Positions 8,761 to 19,196 are shown, counted from the stretch's first letter. The stretch is DNA of 58,348 bases from a virus (IMGVR_UViG_3300047554_000702:1-58348); one strand, 5' to 3'. The notes: generated by a model from the sequence alone, not told the origin. Made by a program: numbers and translations.

Positions 8761-9012
8761 ATGAACCCCATCCCGATCCGTCCCTGCACGCGCCGCATGA
8801 CCAGCCCGACCGGCATGGAGGACGAGTGTGGCACGCTGGAAATCTCCGATGTGAAAGACCCGATATGGGGCAACATGATGCAGTCTGCGTGGATGCCGAA
8901 CGATGAGGAACGCTCCGCTATTGCATCAGGTGCCCCGATTATCCTGAGCATTGTCGGGACTGGTCATCCGGTCGTATCGGTGTTCGTCGGAGAGATGACT
9001 AATGGGCGCTAA
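8761..9012 (+). CDS. hypothetical phage protein
   Basis: SAWMPNDEERSAIASGAPIILSIVGTGHPVVSV. Confidence 0.65.
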   Translation: MNPIPIRPCTRRMTSPTGMEDECGTLEISDVKDPIWGNMMQSAWMPNDEERSAIASGAPIILSIVGTGHPVVSVFVGEMTNGR

Positions 9013-9289
9013 ATCTCTCACGATCGAGCAGGAGAACCTAGTGCTCGACTGGCATCGTGCCGGGTGCAGCGCACGATCGATTGCGGATCATCTTGGTGTC
9101 GGTCGCACTTCGGTCGAACGCTGCATTCGTAACGGTGCCGCCATCATGACGCCGACCGATGAGGTAGCAGAACTGATGTCGCAGGGTCTGAGTTTTGCGC
9201 AGATCGCCGCACAACTTAACATGACGCTCGATGCGGTAAAATCAGCATTCAAGCGGATCAAACGGGCGCTTGGCCCACAAGCACGATAG
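9002..9289 (+). CDS. double HTH DNA-binding protein
   Basis: GCSARSIADHLGVGRTSV and GLSFAQIAAQLNMTLDAVKS. Confidence 0.7.
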   Translation: MGAKSLTIEQENLVLDWHRAGCSARSIADHLGVGRTSVERCIRNGAAIMTPTDEVAELMSQGLSFAQIAAQLNMTLDAVKSAFKRIKRALGPQAR

Positions 9290-9296
9290 GTGACGA

Positions 9297-9548
9297 ATGG
9301 TACGAAAGATTGACGCATTTCAGGACGGCAAAGGTGTGCTTCATACCTGCGCAGCAGACGCACATCGCGCGGATCTGTCCGCATGGTTTCACGCAACCGG
9401 TGTGATGAACGAAGCGGCTGCAGCGGCTCTTGCGAAAGCACTGGTGGACGATCGGGCCAAGATGTTCGAGTTGGTCAGCATGATGGAAACGCTGGCGCGG
9501 GACGTACCGGCTGAGACAGTCGATCTCAGAGCGCAAGGTGCAGCATGA
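9297..9548 (+). CDS. hypothetical protein
   Basis: Operon-coupled ORF with AGGTG SD. Confidence 0.6.
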   Translation: MVRKIDAFQDGKGVLHTCAADAHRADLSAWFHATGVMNEAAAAALAKALVDDRAKMFELVSMMETLARDVPAETVDLRAQGAA

Positions 9549-9703
9549 GCACTAAGGTAGCATACATCCGCAATCGCGCTGAAAAGCTGCGCGCCGCTGC
9601 ATCGGCAGTCATGGACCCTGATGTGCGGTCGGATTACACGTCCGGTGCGCGCTATCTGGAACTGGTTGCTGACGAGATCGACGCCGGAATGCATGAGTCA
9701 TGA
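9545..9703 (+). CDS. hypothetical protein
   Basis: ATGA-coupled at both ends; my translation MSTKVAYIRNRAEKL...GMHES. Confidence 0.55.
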   Translation: MSTKVAYIRNRAEKLRAAASAVMDPDVRSDYTSGARYLELVADEIDAGMHES

Positions 9704-9969
9704 GATACCGTGCTCAAGGCAAGCAGGTGTTCCAAGACGATCGGCATTTCGCGGATGCAGCGGGTGAGATCGAGGCCATGATGATCGTCAACGCGCTGCG
9801 GGCTTTGGATGAGCGTGATGTTGACACGCCTCGCATCGGCAACGTCGTTCGGAATGCAGTCATGCAGCGAAGGTGTGTCGGTCGGCGCGAAGGTGACGAA
9901 GATGCCTACTCGTGCGGCAGGCGTGTCACTGCGGGCGCTCGCGTCGGATGCGCCGACTGTGGCCGCTGA
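9700..9969 (+). CDS. hypothetical protein (Cys-rich C-terminus)
   Basis: ATGA-coupled. Confidence 0.55.
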   Translation: MRYRAQGKQVFQDDRHFADAAGEIEAMMIVNALRALDERDVDTPRIGNVVRNAVMQRRCVGRREGDEDAYSCGRRVTAGARVGCADCGR

Positions 9970-10086
9970 TCTGTTTCACGCCCCGGTGTATCAGTTGACT
10001 ACATCGAGCGGTGGCTGGCAGGTGCTACTCTGTGACGGTTATCCGGTGGCGCAGGGGTCACGCAGCACGTGCGAGCGGCACCCGGT

Positions 10087-10383
10087 CTACGCAGCCATCC
10101 AAGCGCGGCGGGCCGCTTCATCGAAGTGAGCCACAACCGGATCACCTGAGACAAGCAGCGACTGGATGACCATCTTGTCCCCGCGCTCCACCGCTGCGAT
10201 CTTCACTTGCTGTCTCAGGTCGTCGATCCCGTCGAAGTGGAACAGGACGCCTGCATGGGACAGGTTGATGCGCTTGCCGATCCCGCGCGCCGTCACAGCC
10301 CCGGCACCACCCTCATGCCAGAGGTCGATGCCCGCCTGGATCATTTTGGCTTTCTGCCGTTCGCCGTGCATATACTTGCCCAT
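10087..10383 (-). CDS. TetR-like HTH protein
   Basis: MIQAGIDLWHEGGAGAVTARGIGKRINLSHAGVLFHF is a TetR N-terminal signature. Confidence 0.75.
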   Translation of the reverse strand: MGKYMHGERQKAKMIQAGIDLWHEGGAGAVTARGIGKRINLSHAGVLFHFDGIDDLRQQVKIAAVERGDKMVIQSLLVSGDPVVAHFDEAARRAWMAA

Positions 10384-10398
10384 GTCGCGGTAATGCCT

Positions 10399-10605
10399 TC
10401 AAACCTTGCCGGGTGTCAAGTCATACAGGTCGTCAAGCCGCACCAACCGAGCGGCGGCACGAGGCGTGAGTGCGTCCGGTACGACTTCAATGACCCATCC
10501 GCGCCGCCCTTTTACCGCAGCCTCTGCGGCTGACCGGCGCAGGTGCGCGGAGCGAAAGTGATCACATTGATCTCTGACGATGAATGCGGCACCATAGTCG
10601 CTCAC
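10399..10605 (-). CDS. hypothetical protein
   Basis: GTGA-coupled to the VRR-NUC stop. Confidence 0.45.
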   Translation of the reverse strand: MSDYGAAFIVRDQCDHFRSAHLRRSAAEAAVKGRRGWVIEVVPDALTPRAAARLVRLDDLYDLTPGKV

Positions 10606-10988
10606 AACCGCACCAGTCCTGCTACCTGCGCCGGATCGGTCACGAACCCGCCGATGCCGCCGACGCTGCGCACCAGTTCGATGAACCGTAGCTGGGCTTG
10701 AGCGCGCTTGTCGCCGGGGGTCATGTGCCAATCGGAGTGCTTGCATTCCACGGCGGTGAAGACGCCGACAGTCTTACCCACCATGTCCTGTGTGATCGTC
10801 ACAGGCGTGACACCGATCAAGTCGCTGCTTTTGATGCGCGCATTGAGTTGCGCCGAATCGTTGCACAAACCGTAGCGAATGATCCGACCCGTCTTGTCCT
10901 CGCAGGCACCGACGTTGTTACGCCAAACTAAAGCACCGAAGCGTGCCAGTTCTAGTTGCACGCGCTGTTGGACTGCTGATTCAAGCAT
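10602..10988 (-). CDS. VRR-NUC domain nuclease
   Basis: ESAVQ...WRNNVGA...SSDLIG...FTAVECK...AQLRFIELV...GG. Confidence 0.85.
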   Translation of the reverse strand: MLESAVQQRVQLELARFGALVWRNNVGACEDKTGRIIRYGLCNDSAQLNARIKSSDLIGVTPVTITQDMVGKTVGVFTAVECKHSDWHMTPGDKRAQAQLRFIELVRSVGGIGGFVTDPAQVAGLVRL

Positions 10989-11281
10989 TACACCTTACCC
11001 TCGAAATCTAACGGTCGAAACAGCGGTCGCGTCCAGTCGCGTTCGGCCCGCACCGTGGTAAAACCCCGTTCGATCATGACACCTTGGATGTAGCCCAGCC
11101 ATCTCGACATTTTAGCGACCGGAAGACCGTCTCTACAACCGAACATCAGATCAAGCGTGAAATCCCAAATATCTTTGTGATCACCAGAAACTGTCATGTT
11201 ATGTAGCAGCATGTCATGGTATCTTTCGGCGCATTTGTGTATTGCACCGCGATACTTGTCGTCATGTGTCATCTGTACCAA
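10988..11281 (-). CDS. hypothetical protein
   Basis: KMSRWLGYIQGVM...ERDWTRPLF motif. Confidence 0.65.
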   Translation of the reverse strand: MVQMTHDDKYRGAIHKCAERYHDMLLHNMTVSGDHKDIWDFTLDLMFGCRDGLPVAKMSRWLGYIQGVMIERGFTTVRAERDWTRPLFRPLDFEGKV

Positions 11282-12909
11282 CCCTCCACCTTCTCAGCCA
11301 ACCCATCCATTTCAGCCCGCGATCCACCCATGACACTCAGCACGTCTGCACCGACTGTCAAATAGAACCGACGCATGATCGTAGCGTCCGTATCGCCCGC
11401 AGCGCGCCGGATGCCCGCCCACTGCTCGATCGCCCTGGTAAGGCGCTGTTGGGCCGCGTGGCGCTCGATGGCACGGTTCTTGGCACCCGCCGCCGCGACC
11501 GGCCCTGCAGCGAACTCCACGCGCGCCGCAACGTCACCGGGCGCTTCGAGCGTCATCTGTGCGCGCAGCTGGGCCAATGTCTCGCGATCGAGCAGCATGA
11601 GATCCCCGTCCACCTGCTCAATGCTCCGTGCGCCACCTTCCGGCACAGGTGGAGCCTCACCGCAATAGGGACAGGCTGGCAGGCAGCGCTCATACGGGCG
11701 GCTGCACGATCGGCAGGCGGTCAGGGGTATGTCGTCTGGATCAAGTTCACGCTTGGCTCGCTTTTCGCGCCGGTCGAGCGACCAGAGATGCTGCTTGTCA
11801 GGGAAGCCGTGGCGCTTCCAATTGCTCACATGATCAATGACCAGACCATATGGCTTACCGTCCAGAGGGCGCAGAGCACGGCCAAACTGTTGCAGATACA
11901 CAGCGAGAGAAGCAGTCGGTCGTGCCATAATAACGACTTCCACCGCTGGAACGTCAAAGCCCTCACCGAACAGATCGACATTAACAAGCATTGTAAGACG
12001 ACCGTCACGAAAACGTCGAATATAGTCATTTCGCACCTCATTTGGGGTTTTGGCACTGACAGCCGCAGCAGCAATACCTGCTTCGTTAAAACGGTGTGCC
12101 ATTTCATTCGCTGTCTCAACGTCGGTAGCGAAACAGATGCCGCGCTTGCCCGGTGCGCGGCGTTGGTACTCAATGACCACATCCCCCACGATGTGCGAGC
12201 GCTTCGATGCTTCACGCATCCGCTTGCTCGACCAGTCACCGGACGGGGCAAGTTGGTCATCGTCGATCTGGAAGTCGCTCTCAGGCACTGCGATTTCATA
12301 CTCACACAACGCACCCATGTCGATCAGATCGCGCATTGATGGGCCAAGGATCATGTCCTGGAACACACCGTCATGATGCTCGCCGAGACCCATGCCGTCC
12401 GCACGGCGCGGGGTTGCCGTCACGCCGAGCCCGTAGGCGTTGGTGAACATGCGGACTGCCTTGCCCCATTTATTCGCGCGCAGGACGTGGTGCGCTTCGT
12501 CGATCGTCCAGCGCTGGATCTGCGCGGCCCACGCTTGCAATTCTGCTTCACGCGCTACGAGCGTATCGACGCTGACCACACTACACCGTGCGTCGGGGTT
12601 GATGAACGATCGACCGAACTCACGACGGTGCTCGGCTGTGATCTGAGCGACGGACTGCTTGCTGGCGATAATGCGATGCGGAATGCCGCGCCGCGCGACA
12701 TGGAGTGACATTTGCCCCACGAGTTCATTACGGTGCGCAATGACACACTCGGACAGCCCCTGTTGATGGCCGTCGAGAATGATCTGAGATACGATGACGG
12801 ACTTGCCACCACCCGTGGGCAGCACGGCGAGTACGTTACGATTGCCCGCTTGGTACGATTGGTACGTGCGTGCGATCAGATCGGTCTGGTAGGGGCGTAG
12901 TTGGATCAC
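11269..12909 (-). CDS. SF2 (DEAH-box) DNA helicase with C-terminal Zn ribbon
   Basis: LRPYQ, PTGGGKS, DEAHH, TATP, EGFDVP, QQFGRALR and CxxC...CPYC; GTG start at 12909. Confidence 0.92.
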   Translation of the reverse strand: MIQLRPYQTDLIARTYQSYQAGNRNVLAVLPTGGGKSVIVSQIILDGHQQGLSECVIAHRNELVGQMSLHVARRGIPHRIIASKQSVAQITAEHRREFGRSFINPDARCSVVSVDTLVAREAELQAWAAQIQRWTIDEAHHVLRANKWGKAVRMFTNAYGLGVTATPRRADGMGLGEHHDGVFQDMILGPSMRDLIDMGALCEYEIAVPESDFQIDDDQLAPSGDWSSKRMREASKRSHIVGDVVIEYQRRAPGKRGICFATDVETANEMAHRFNEAGIAAAAVSAKTPNEVRNDYIRRFRDGRLTMLVNVDLFGEGFDVPAVEVVIMARPTASLAVYLQQFGRALRPLDGKPYGLVIDHVSNWKRHGFPDKQHLWSLDRREKRAKRELDPDDIPLTACRSCSRPYERCLPACPYCGEAPPVPEGGARSIEQVDGDLMLLDRETLAQLRAQMTLEAPGDVAARVEFAAGPVAAAGAKNRAIERHAAQQRLTRAIEQWAGIRRAAGDTDATIMRRFYLTVGADVLSVMGGSRAEMDGLAEKVEGWYR

Positions 12910-13340
12910 AACCGCGACACCACCCAAATTTCCCAATACCCGCACGACCCGACCTGTTTGATCGAGGTCGGCACCCATGCCGGATCATGAACCACTGCAC
13001 CACCCTTGCAGACCACGACATGATCTCCACCGGTCTGCGGTTGCCCCGGTCGCGCCGTGCTGCCGAACAGCAGCCATGTCGTATCGGGGTTCTCGGCGTT
13101 CATCCAGTGCATCACTGCTTCAAGCGGCTCATCTGGCACACCGAATGCAGTGACGGTATAACCAAAGCGATTGAGCCATTCGCGCGCAGCGGTACGGCTT
13201 TGTGAGCCACTGACACCATTGTCGGCAAAGTGCGGCACAAGTTCGCTGTCGAGATTCATGATCGTAGCGATGCAGGCGCGCAGACAGTCACCGTAGGACG
13301 TGGGTGGCTCATGACGCGTTCGGCACATTACTGGTTTCAC
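12906..13340 (-). CDS. hypothetical phage protein
   Basis: YGDCLRACIATIM...VPHF...HVVV...VHDP; GTGA-coupled. Confidence 0.7.
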   Translation of the reverse strand: MKPVMCRTRHEPPTSYGDCLRACIATIMNLDSELVPHFADNGVSGSQSRTAAREWLNRFGYTVTAFGVPDEPLEAVMHWMNAENPDTTWLLFGSTARPGQPQTGGDHVVVCKGGAVVHDPAWVPTSIKQVGSCGYWEIWVVSRL

Positions 13341-13942
13341 CGGCACCACCCCGGCACACTCGCAGCGACATGCGAACGCCCGTCCGTCACGCTCGGTCTG
13401 AAGAAAGCGACCCAATACGGCGAATCCGAATCACGTACACAGGTAGGTCGATTGCGCGGATCGAGGTGCTGTTCCAGCGTGACCACACCGGACGGCGCGG
13501 CGCGCAGCAGATCAACCAGCGAAGGGAGCGCCAGCGTCATGTGTCCGGTTGTTGTTTCGAGCGGTGTGCGGCACGGCTCCATGATCCGTTCGCGCCAATG
13601 GTCAAAGTCGCTCGGCACGGTCGGCCAATACCCGATATTCTCAGACACGGAGAAGCCGAGCGTCGTTACAGCTGTGGTATAGCGAAGCGCATCGACCGGC
13701 GTAAAATTGACGACGCTGTTGAATTGAGCCTCAGTGCGACATTGCTCGATAAACGCAGCATCGGCGCGAATGTAATAGATGCCTTGGAACGACTCGACTT
13801 CTTCGATCACCAGGTAGTTGCGGTCGCTCGCCATGATCATGCCGTTTTCGAGTCTGAAGCACTTGAATGCTTCGTCCACATCACTGTCTGGCGGACTGAG
13901 CACGTGGGACAGTCGGGCGATTGTGTCGCAGGGGATTTTCAT
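13337..13942 (-). CDS. hypothetical protein (possibly sliding-clamp-like)
   Basis: GGAG SD; MIMASDRNYL weakly resembles the clamp VATDGHRL motif; function unsure. Confidence 0.55.
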   Translation of the reverse strand: MKIPCDTIARLSHVLSPPDSDVDEAFKCFRLENGMIMASDRNYLVIEEVESFQGIYYIRADAAFIEQCRTEAQFNSVVNFTPVDALRYTTAVTTLGFSVSENIGYWPTVPSDFDHWRERIMEPCRTPLETTTGHMTLALPSLVDLLRAAPSGVVTLEQHLDPRNRPTCVRDSDSPYWVAFFRPSVTDGRSHVAASVPGWCR

Positions 13943-14048
13943 GCTGTGGGGCGCTCCATGGCTATAAACCTTCCACTATGTAACTTTTCCGTTGCGGTCA
14001 ACCCGAATCGTGTGTATCCGGTCATCAGAAACAACGGAGACTCAGCAC

Positions 14049-14918
14049 ATGAAGTTCAGTTTGACAATCACAGGATCAGCGGCGGCGTTGGCGGCTGCGA
14101 TGCGCGTCGTGGAAGACATTGACGGGTTCAAGGGTGGTGTCGGTGTTGGCTATGACTACAACCCGTCCGGGCTTGATACGGCTGCGACGGGAAACTCGCC
14201 GAGCGAACCGACGGTGACCCCTTCCATCAACACTGGTGCTGGTATTCCGCAACCGATGCCCGACCCGTCCGCAGCGAATGGGGTTGCATCGACGCCGACT
14301 GTCCCGATGCCCACCATGTCGCCCGTCTCGACTACCACCCCCAGTGGCCCGACTGGCGAGGGTGAACCGAGCGACGGCACCGGTCTGGACGCAGAAGGTC
14401 TGCCGTGGGATGCACGCATTCACTCATCGACCAAGACGAAGACCGCGAAGGGTCTTTGGACGGCGGTGCGCAACGGACCGAAGGGTGCAGAATTGGCAGC
14501 GATCAAGGCTCAACTGCGTGGTGCGCCTCAGCAACCCGTGCCGATGCCCGCAGTCAGCGAGCCGGTTGTGGTTGCACCCGTTCCGATGCCCGCAGTCAGC
14601 GAGCCGGTTGCAGCAATGCCGACACCGGCACCCGTTCCCATGCCGATCCCGATGCCCGCAGTCAGCGAGCCGCTGCCGGTCGCAGCAATGCCGACACCTG
14701 CACCTGCTGCACCCGTCGAGCCGGTTGCTGTGACCCAGGAATGGGACTTTGCAAAGTTGATGGGTGTCATCGGTCCCAAGATCGGCACAACGATCAGCAC
14801 TGAATATCTGGTCGGCGTGTGCCAGAAGTATGGCATTGCGGCAGTGACTGACACCGCGACCAAGCCGGAAGTGATTCCGCAATTGATCGCACAGTTCCAA
14901 GCGGACGGGGTGTGGTGA
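14049..14918 (+). CDS. Pro/Ala-rich protein of the recombination module
   Basis: GGAG SD; DAEGLPWDARIHSSTK motif; three PMPAVSEP repeats that are also DNA repeats (14541, 14583, 14649). Confidence 0.75.
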   Translation: MKFSLTITGSAAALAAAMRVVEDIDGFKGGVGVGYDYNPSGLDTAATGNSPSEPTVTPSINTGAGIPQPMPDPSAANGVASTPTVPMPTMSPVSTTTPSGPTGEGEPSDGTGLDAEGLPWDARIHSSTKTKTAKGLWTAVRNGPKGAELAAIKAQLRGAPQQPVPMPAVSEPVVVAPVPMPAVSEPVAAMPTPAPVPMPIPMPAVSEPLPVAAMPTPAPAAPVEPVAVTQEWDFAKLMGVIGPKIGTTISTEYLVGVCQKYGIAAVTDTATKPEVIPQLIAQFQADGVW

Positions 14919-14919
14919 T

Positions 14920-15504
14920 ATGACACGACTTACAAAGAGCCATCATGAGAAGATGGCAAAGGCTCTGGTGTTACATGCCTTTGCCGATCGTGCCAATGAA
15001 GTAATCGCTGAAAGCATTGATTTATTCTACGCGCTACACGAGCGAGAGCACTCGGCTAACGTTCGCAAGCACATGGACGCGATACTCGCTGTGAAGCCAC
15101 ACGCTTTCGAATGCGACAACAACTTCAACGTGAACCTCACCGGAAATCGTTTCAGTGTCGGGTCGCGTAGGATCAGTGACTACTGGCGGGCAGAAGCCAG
15201 TAGCCGTCCGGTGCTACATGGCGTCGATATGTATCCCGGTATTGGGATCAGTGCGGACGATGCGTTGCATGATCGCCTGTTGGCATTCTTCGACTCTGAA
15301 GCGCAACTCAAAGCCGACGCTCAGAAGGCACACGGTGAAGCACTCGCAACGCTGTCGCAGTTCAGGACTGTGAAGTCGCTGCGAGATTCGTGGCCCGAAG
15401 TGCTGTCCGTTGTCGAAAACCTGTTGCCCGAGGACAATCTGCTACTCCCGGTCGTCCAAGTTAAGCACCTTAACGACCGTTTCGGTCTTCCGGCTACTGT
15501 ATGA
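14920..15504 (+). CDS. Nmad5-like (nucleotide-modification-associated) protein
   Basis: MTRLTK...; RTVKSLRDSWPEV...LP...LNDRFGLP C-terminal pattern. Confidence 0.65.
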   Translation: MTRLTKSHHEKMAKALVLHAFADRANEVIAESIDLFYALHEREHSANVRKHMDAILAVKPHAFECDNNFNVNLTGNRFSVGSRRISDYWRAEASSRPVLHGVDMYPGIGISADDALHDRLLAFFDSEAQLKADAQKAHGEALATLSQFRTVKSLRDSWPEVLSVVENLLPEDNLLLPVVQVKHLNDRFGLPATV

Positions 15505-16610
15505 TCACGACAACCGCGACAGAACTGCCGCGTGTCATGCGGTGCATGGGCTCATTGTCTATGCCCGCAGCGATACCGGGCGGCGGTGACACGACCCAGC
15601 GCGACGAAGGGAATGCCGCACACTGGCTCGCGGAACAGATGTTCAACGGCGCACAGGTCGGGGCTGGCTCAGTCGCTCCAAACGGCTATGTCGTCACTGA
15701 TGACATGGTGGAGCACGTGAGCAACTATGTCAGCGCGCTGGACTGCGGCGAGATGGAAGTCGATACGTCTTACAGCGGCGCATCATGGGAAGTGCGGGGT
15801 CGGGCGGATCATTTGTCGTGGCGTTCGCAATGGGACGGTCAGATCAGACCCGGCAATGTCTGCAACGCTCAAAGCCTGCTCACCATCGACGACTTCAAAT
15901 ACGGGTGGCGTCCGGTCAGCCCGGTGCGCAATTTTACCCTAATGAGCCACGCAATCGGTTGGATCATCCGGACGCAGCAAAGACCTGATCGGATCACCTT
16001 TCGCATCCATCAGCCGCGACCGTATCATCCCGACGGGCCGCTGCGGGAGTGGTCGTGCAGCTTTGAGGAACTGATGGGCTATTACAGTCAGATCGACGCA
16101 AGGCTGTCCAATCCGACCGACGAACTGGTGACCGGGCTCGACCAATGCGCCAAGTGTCACGCGCTTGCCATTTGTCCCGCTGCTCGCACTGCCAGCATGA
16201 ACGCGATCGACGCTGCAGACGTGGTGTTCACGGACGACTTGCCGAAGCCCGTGCTGACCGCACAGATGGAGACGCTGCGGCAGGCAGTCACGATGATCGA
16301 AGCGCGCCGGGATGCGATCGAGGAACTTATCACGCACCGGATCAAGTCGGGTGAGGTGTTCGACGGGTATCTGCTCGAACGGTCGTATGGTCAGCGTCGC
16401 TGGAAACCCGGCTTGGGCGGCGCAGCACTGTCCGCATTGGCCGGTGTGGATCTGCGCAAGGACGGACTGGTCACGCCAGCTGAAGCAGAGCGCCGTGGTG
16501 TGTCAAAGGCGGCGGTTGCGGCACTGACTGACAGACCGCTGCTCGATCCGAAGTTGAAAGCTGTTGACGTTGACGCGCGTGCGCGTTCGGTGTTTGGAGA
16601 AGGCGGATGA
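15501..16610 (+). CDS. DUF2800 / Cas4-like PD-(D/E)XK exonuclease
   Basis: RCMGS, EGNAAHW, GRAD, DDFKYG, IHQPR and CAKC...CPA (Fe-S-type Cys). Confidence 0.8.
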   Translation: MITTTATELPRVMRCMGSLSMPAAIPGGGDTTQRDEGNAAHWLAEQMFNGAQVGAGSVAPNGYVVTDDMVEHVSNYVSALDCGEMEVDTSYSGASWEVRGRADHLSWRSQWDGQIRPGNVCNAQSLLTIDDFKYGWRPVSPVRNFTLMSHAIGWIIRTQQRPDRITFRIHQPRPYHPDGPLREWSCSFEELMGYYSQIDARLSNPTDELVTGLDQCAKCHALAICPAARTASMNAIDAADVVFTDDLPKPVLTAQMETLRQAVTMIEARRDAIEELITHRIKSGEVFDGYLLERSYGQRRWKPGLGGAALSALAGVDLRKDGLVTPAEAERRGVSKAAVAALTDRPLLDPKLKAVDVDARARSVFGEGG

Positions 16611-17473
16611 GTGTTCATACGCGCTGGCATAAATTCCTTGAAGCTTATGAGAGCCAACGTATCGGTGCTCCCACAACAGAGGTGGCCCAAGACACACTGG
16701 ACGCGATCAAGCAATCTGTGGTTTGGACTGTTGATGATCCTGCGGTTTTCATTCTACCTGTTGATCTTTCGACAGATAAAAGAGACGGTCTTGATTATTA
16801 CCTCGACGAGAAAGAACCCGAACAATACCGCTTGTTGGCTGACAACAAAGCGATCCAACTTCCCTTCGATCAATTTGTTGTTGAGCAACATCTTAGTAAC
16901 AGTGAAACACACATTGTCTGTGTAAGAAAAGCGGGTGAGAAAGTCGAAACCTGTGCTTTCAGGTATTTTGTCAATGAGTCTTCGTACTTTTGGGAGTGTT
17001 CAACCAACGGTCCGCATCACATAAGTCTTCATGGCGGTGAAATTTTATGTGGCCCAAGTCTTATTGATCACCTTGTTCAAGACATGGGGATATCACGATT
17101 GCAGGCAACCAGTGCCACCAATGCCGGTCAGGCGTTGCTGAAGAAACTGCTTTTGTTGATGGCCACAAAAGGCATGGTGCAGCAGCGCATCGACGCACCC
17201 AAAGCACTCAACGACAAGCGGGTAAAAAAGGGCAAGCCTCGCATCCCTAACGTGATCTACATGCGTCCCGGTCACTACTATGATCGGGCTGGAAATAGGC
17301 ACGACTATGACGAGCGCAAACCTGTAGCGATTCACTGGCGGCGTGGGCACATTCGCAATGTTTGGTGCGGCACAAGTGACAATCGCCGCAGAGAACCACG
17401 CTACATTCAGCCGTGCTTGGTGAACTACGATGGTGGTGACGTGCCGGAACACAAAGTGAGGGTTTTGCAGTGA
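16607..17473 (+). CDS. hypothetical protein
   Basis: C-terminal HWRRGHIR motif of a kind common in phage proteins; lower GC. Confidence 0.7.
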   Translation: MSVHTRWHKFLEAYESQRIGAPTTEVAQDTLDAIKQSVVWTVDDPAVFILPVDLSTDKRDGLDYYLDEKEPEQYRLLADNKAIQLPFDQFVVEQHLSNSETHIVCVRKAGEKVETCAFRYFVNESSYFWECSTNGPHHISLHGGEILCGPSLIDHLVQDMGISRLQATSATNAGQALLKKLLLLMATKGMVQQRIDAPKALNDKRVKKGKPRIPNVIYMRPGHYYDRAGNRHDYDERKPVAIHWRRGHIRNVWCGTSDNRRREPRYIQPCLVNYDGGDVPEHKVRVLQ

Positions 17474-17874
17474 ACCACTATCGAAACATCATGATCGCTG
17501 CCACGAACGCATGTCTTGAGAACGGCCTTAGTCTGGACCCGTCGAACGATCCTCTGCCACCAGCATACGGTCATGCACCGAAAGGTAATGACTTTAAGTG
17601 TATGATGTTCGGTGAACCAGCCTCGGTTTCATATGAATACCACGGATGGGACGAAGTGCTGGTAAGACTCAAGTGGTCGCTTAGTGACAACAAGCATGGG
17701 TGCAGGTTGATCCTAGCAGCATGGCTGGAACGTAGGACTGGTGCTTGGCTGCAAGGAAACGGAGCCAGTTACATCGGTCGTGATTACGTCGGTCAGGGTG
17801 TGGTATCACTTCTGAAGTCGTTTCCGCTGGTTGAGCCGAATGGTTATCTCGCCACCGGTAAGTTTTATTGCTAA
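17470..17874 (+). CDS. hypothetical protein
   Basis: GTGA-coupled; AWLERRTGAWLQ. Confidence 0.65.
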   Translation: MNHYRNIMIAATNACLENGLSLDPSNDPLPPAYGHAPKGNDFKCMMFGEPASVSYEYHGWDEVLVRLKWSLSDNKHGCRLILAAWLERRTGAWLQGNGASYIGRDYVGQGVVSLLKSFPLVEPNGYLATGKFYC

Positions 17875-17886
17875 AGGACCAACAAC

Positions 17887-18081
17887 ATGAAGATTAAAGC
17901 AATCGTTACCGCCGTCGAACTCGATAAATCTTCGCAGCATTGGGGTCGAACTAAGGTCTCAGTCCAAGATTTCTACGGTGCATTTCTCGGGACTTTTGAG
18001 GATGATCGTCATCACCCCGAGTTCAAAATCGGACAGTCAGTCACAATCACCATCACCCCCGTTACACAGGAGCAAAACTAA
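17887..18081 (+). CDS. small hypothetical protein
   Basis: AAGGA SD; TAATG coupling to the SSB gene. Confidence 0.6.
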   Translation: MKIKAIVTAVELDKSSQHWGRTKVSVQDFYGAFLGTFEDDRHHPEFKIGQSVTITITPVTQEQN

Positions 18082-19094
18082 TGCACACCACCCTACTACC
18101 CCTAACCGCCGCAGCCTATATGAGCGGCGATCCTGGCACGACCATCAAGCTGCCGGTCGGTCGAATCGTGTGGGGCCACCCGTGCAAGTCGCGGCCCGCG
18201 ACCGACAACAACAATCAGCCCAAGCTGGACAAGGACGGCAAGCAGATGATGGAAGTGTCCTTCGGGCTCGCCATCCCCGAAGCCGAGTTCCATGCGCAGG
18301 TGTGGCCGCACATGGCGGCTGAGATCAGCAAGGGCTTTCCGAGCGGTATCCCCGGCAACTTCAGCTACAAGATGACGCAGCCGCATGAAATCGACAACAA
18401 AGGCAAGCCCTATGCCGAGCGTGAGGGCTATGCCGGTCATGTCGTCCTTGCCGTCTCGACCGTGCTCGAAGCCCCGCCCGTGTTTCAGTGGAACGGGACG
18501 CAGTGGCAGCAGATGCAATCCGAAGCGATCAAGTGCGGCGACTACGTGCAGGCCGAAATCAACTTCAAGGTGAACGTGCCGACCAAGCCGACGCACACCC
18601 CTTCGATCTATGTCAACCCGCGCCAGCTTGCGTTCGTTGGTTATGGCACCGAAATCAAGTCGGGCATCCAGGCCGATCCGAATGCGACATTCGGTGCTGG
18701 TCCTGCCGCTCTGCCACCCGGTGCAAGCGCAACACCTGTGGGTGGTACGCCGAATGTCGGTATGCCCGGTGCTCCGGGTGCCGGAATGCCGGGAAACCCG
18801 GCTACGCCTGCGACGATGCCCGGTGCCCCGTCCGCGTTGCCGGTCGCAGCGGCTTCCCCACCTCCTGCAACACCTGCGATCCCCGCAGGCCCGCAGCGCC
18901 CGCTCGACCCGACCCATATCCATGACAACGGCAACGGGACGGAGCAGTGGTTCGTGAACGGCGCTTGGGACGGTGGCGCTCACCCTGTGCCGGGTGTGGC
19001 ACCTGCTGCACCGGCACTGCCGCCGCCCGCGACCGGGTTTGTGGCACAGGCTGCGGGTATGCCCGGTATGCCGGGTGCGATGCCCCCGCGATAA
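18081..19094 (+). CDS. single-stranded DNA-binding protein (DUF2815/Enc34-like) with Pro/Gly-rich tail and N-terminal AY leader
   Basis: PVGRIVWGHP...IKCGDYV...IYVNP...FVGYG; synteny with the DUF2800 gene; AGGAG SD precedes MHTTLLPLTAAAY. Confidence 0.75.
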   Translation: MHTTLLPLTAAAYMSGDPGTTIKLPVGRIVWGHPCKSRPATDNNNQPKLDKDGKQMMEVSFGLAIPEAEFHAQVWPHMAAEISKGFPSGIPGNFSYKMTQPHEIDNKGKPYAEREGYAGHVVLAVSTVLEAPPVFQWNGTQWQQMQSEAIKCGDYVQAEINFKVNVPTKPTHTPSIYVNPRQLAFVGYGTEIKSGIQADPNATFGAGPAALPPGASATPVGGTPNVGMPGAPGAGMPGNPATPATMPGAPSALPVAAASPPPATPAIPAGPQRPLDPTHIHDNGNGTEQWFVNGAWDGGAHPVPGVAPAAPALPPPATGFVAQAAGMPGMPGAMPPR

Positions 19095-19196
19095 TCAGGG
19101 TGTGTGCCAGCGGTGCGGTGCCGGTCCTCGTGACATCTGCCGCGCCGCTGGTGACCACACACCCTATTTCGACTGTATCCCGTTTTGAGGTGGTAA

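Noticed and set aside
15501-16610. Cas4 as part of a CRISPR-Cas system
   Set aside because: It is a stand-alone DUF2800-type exonuclease in the usual phage context next to SSB and the polymerase.
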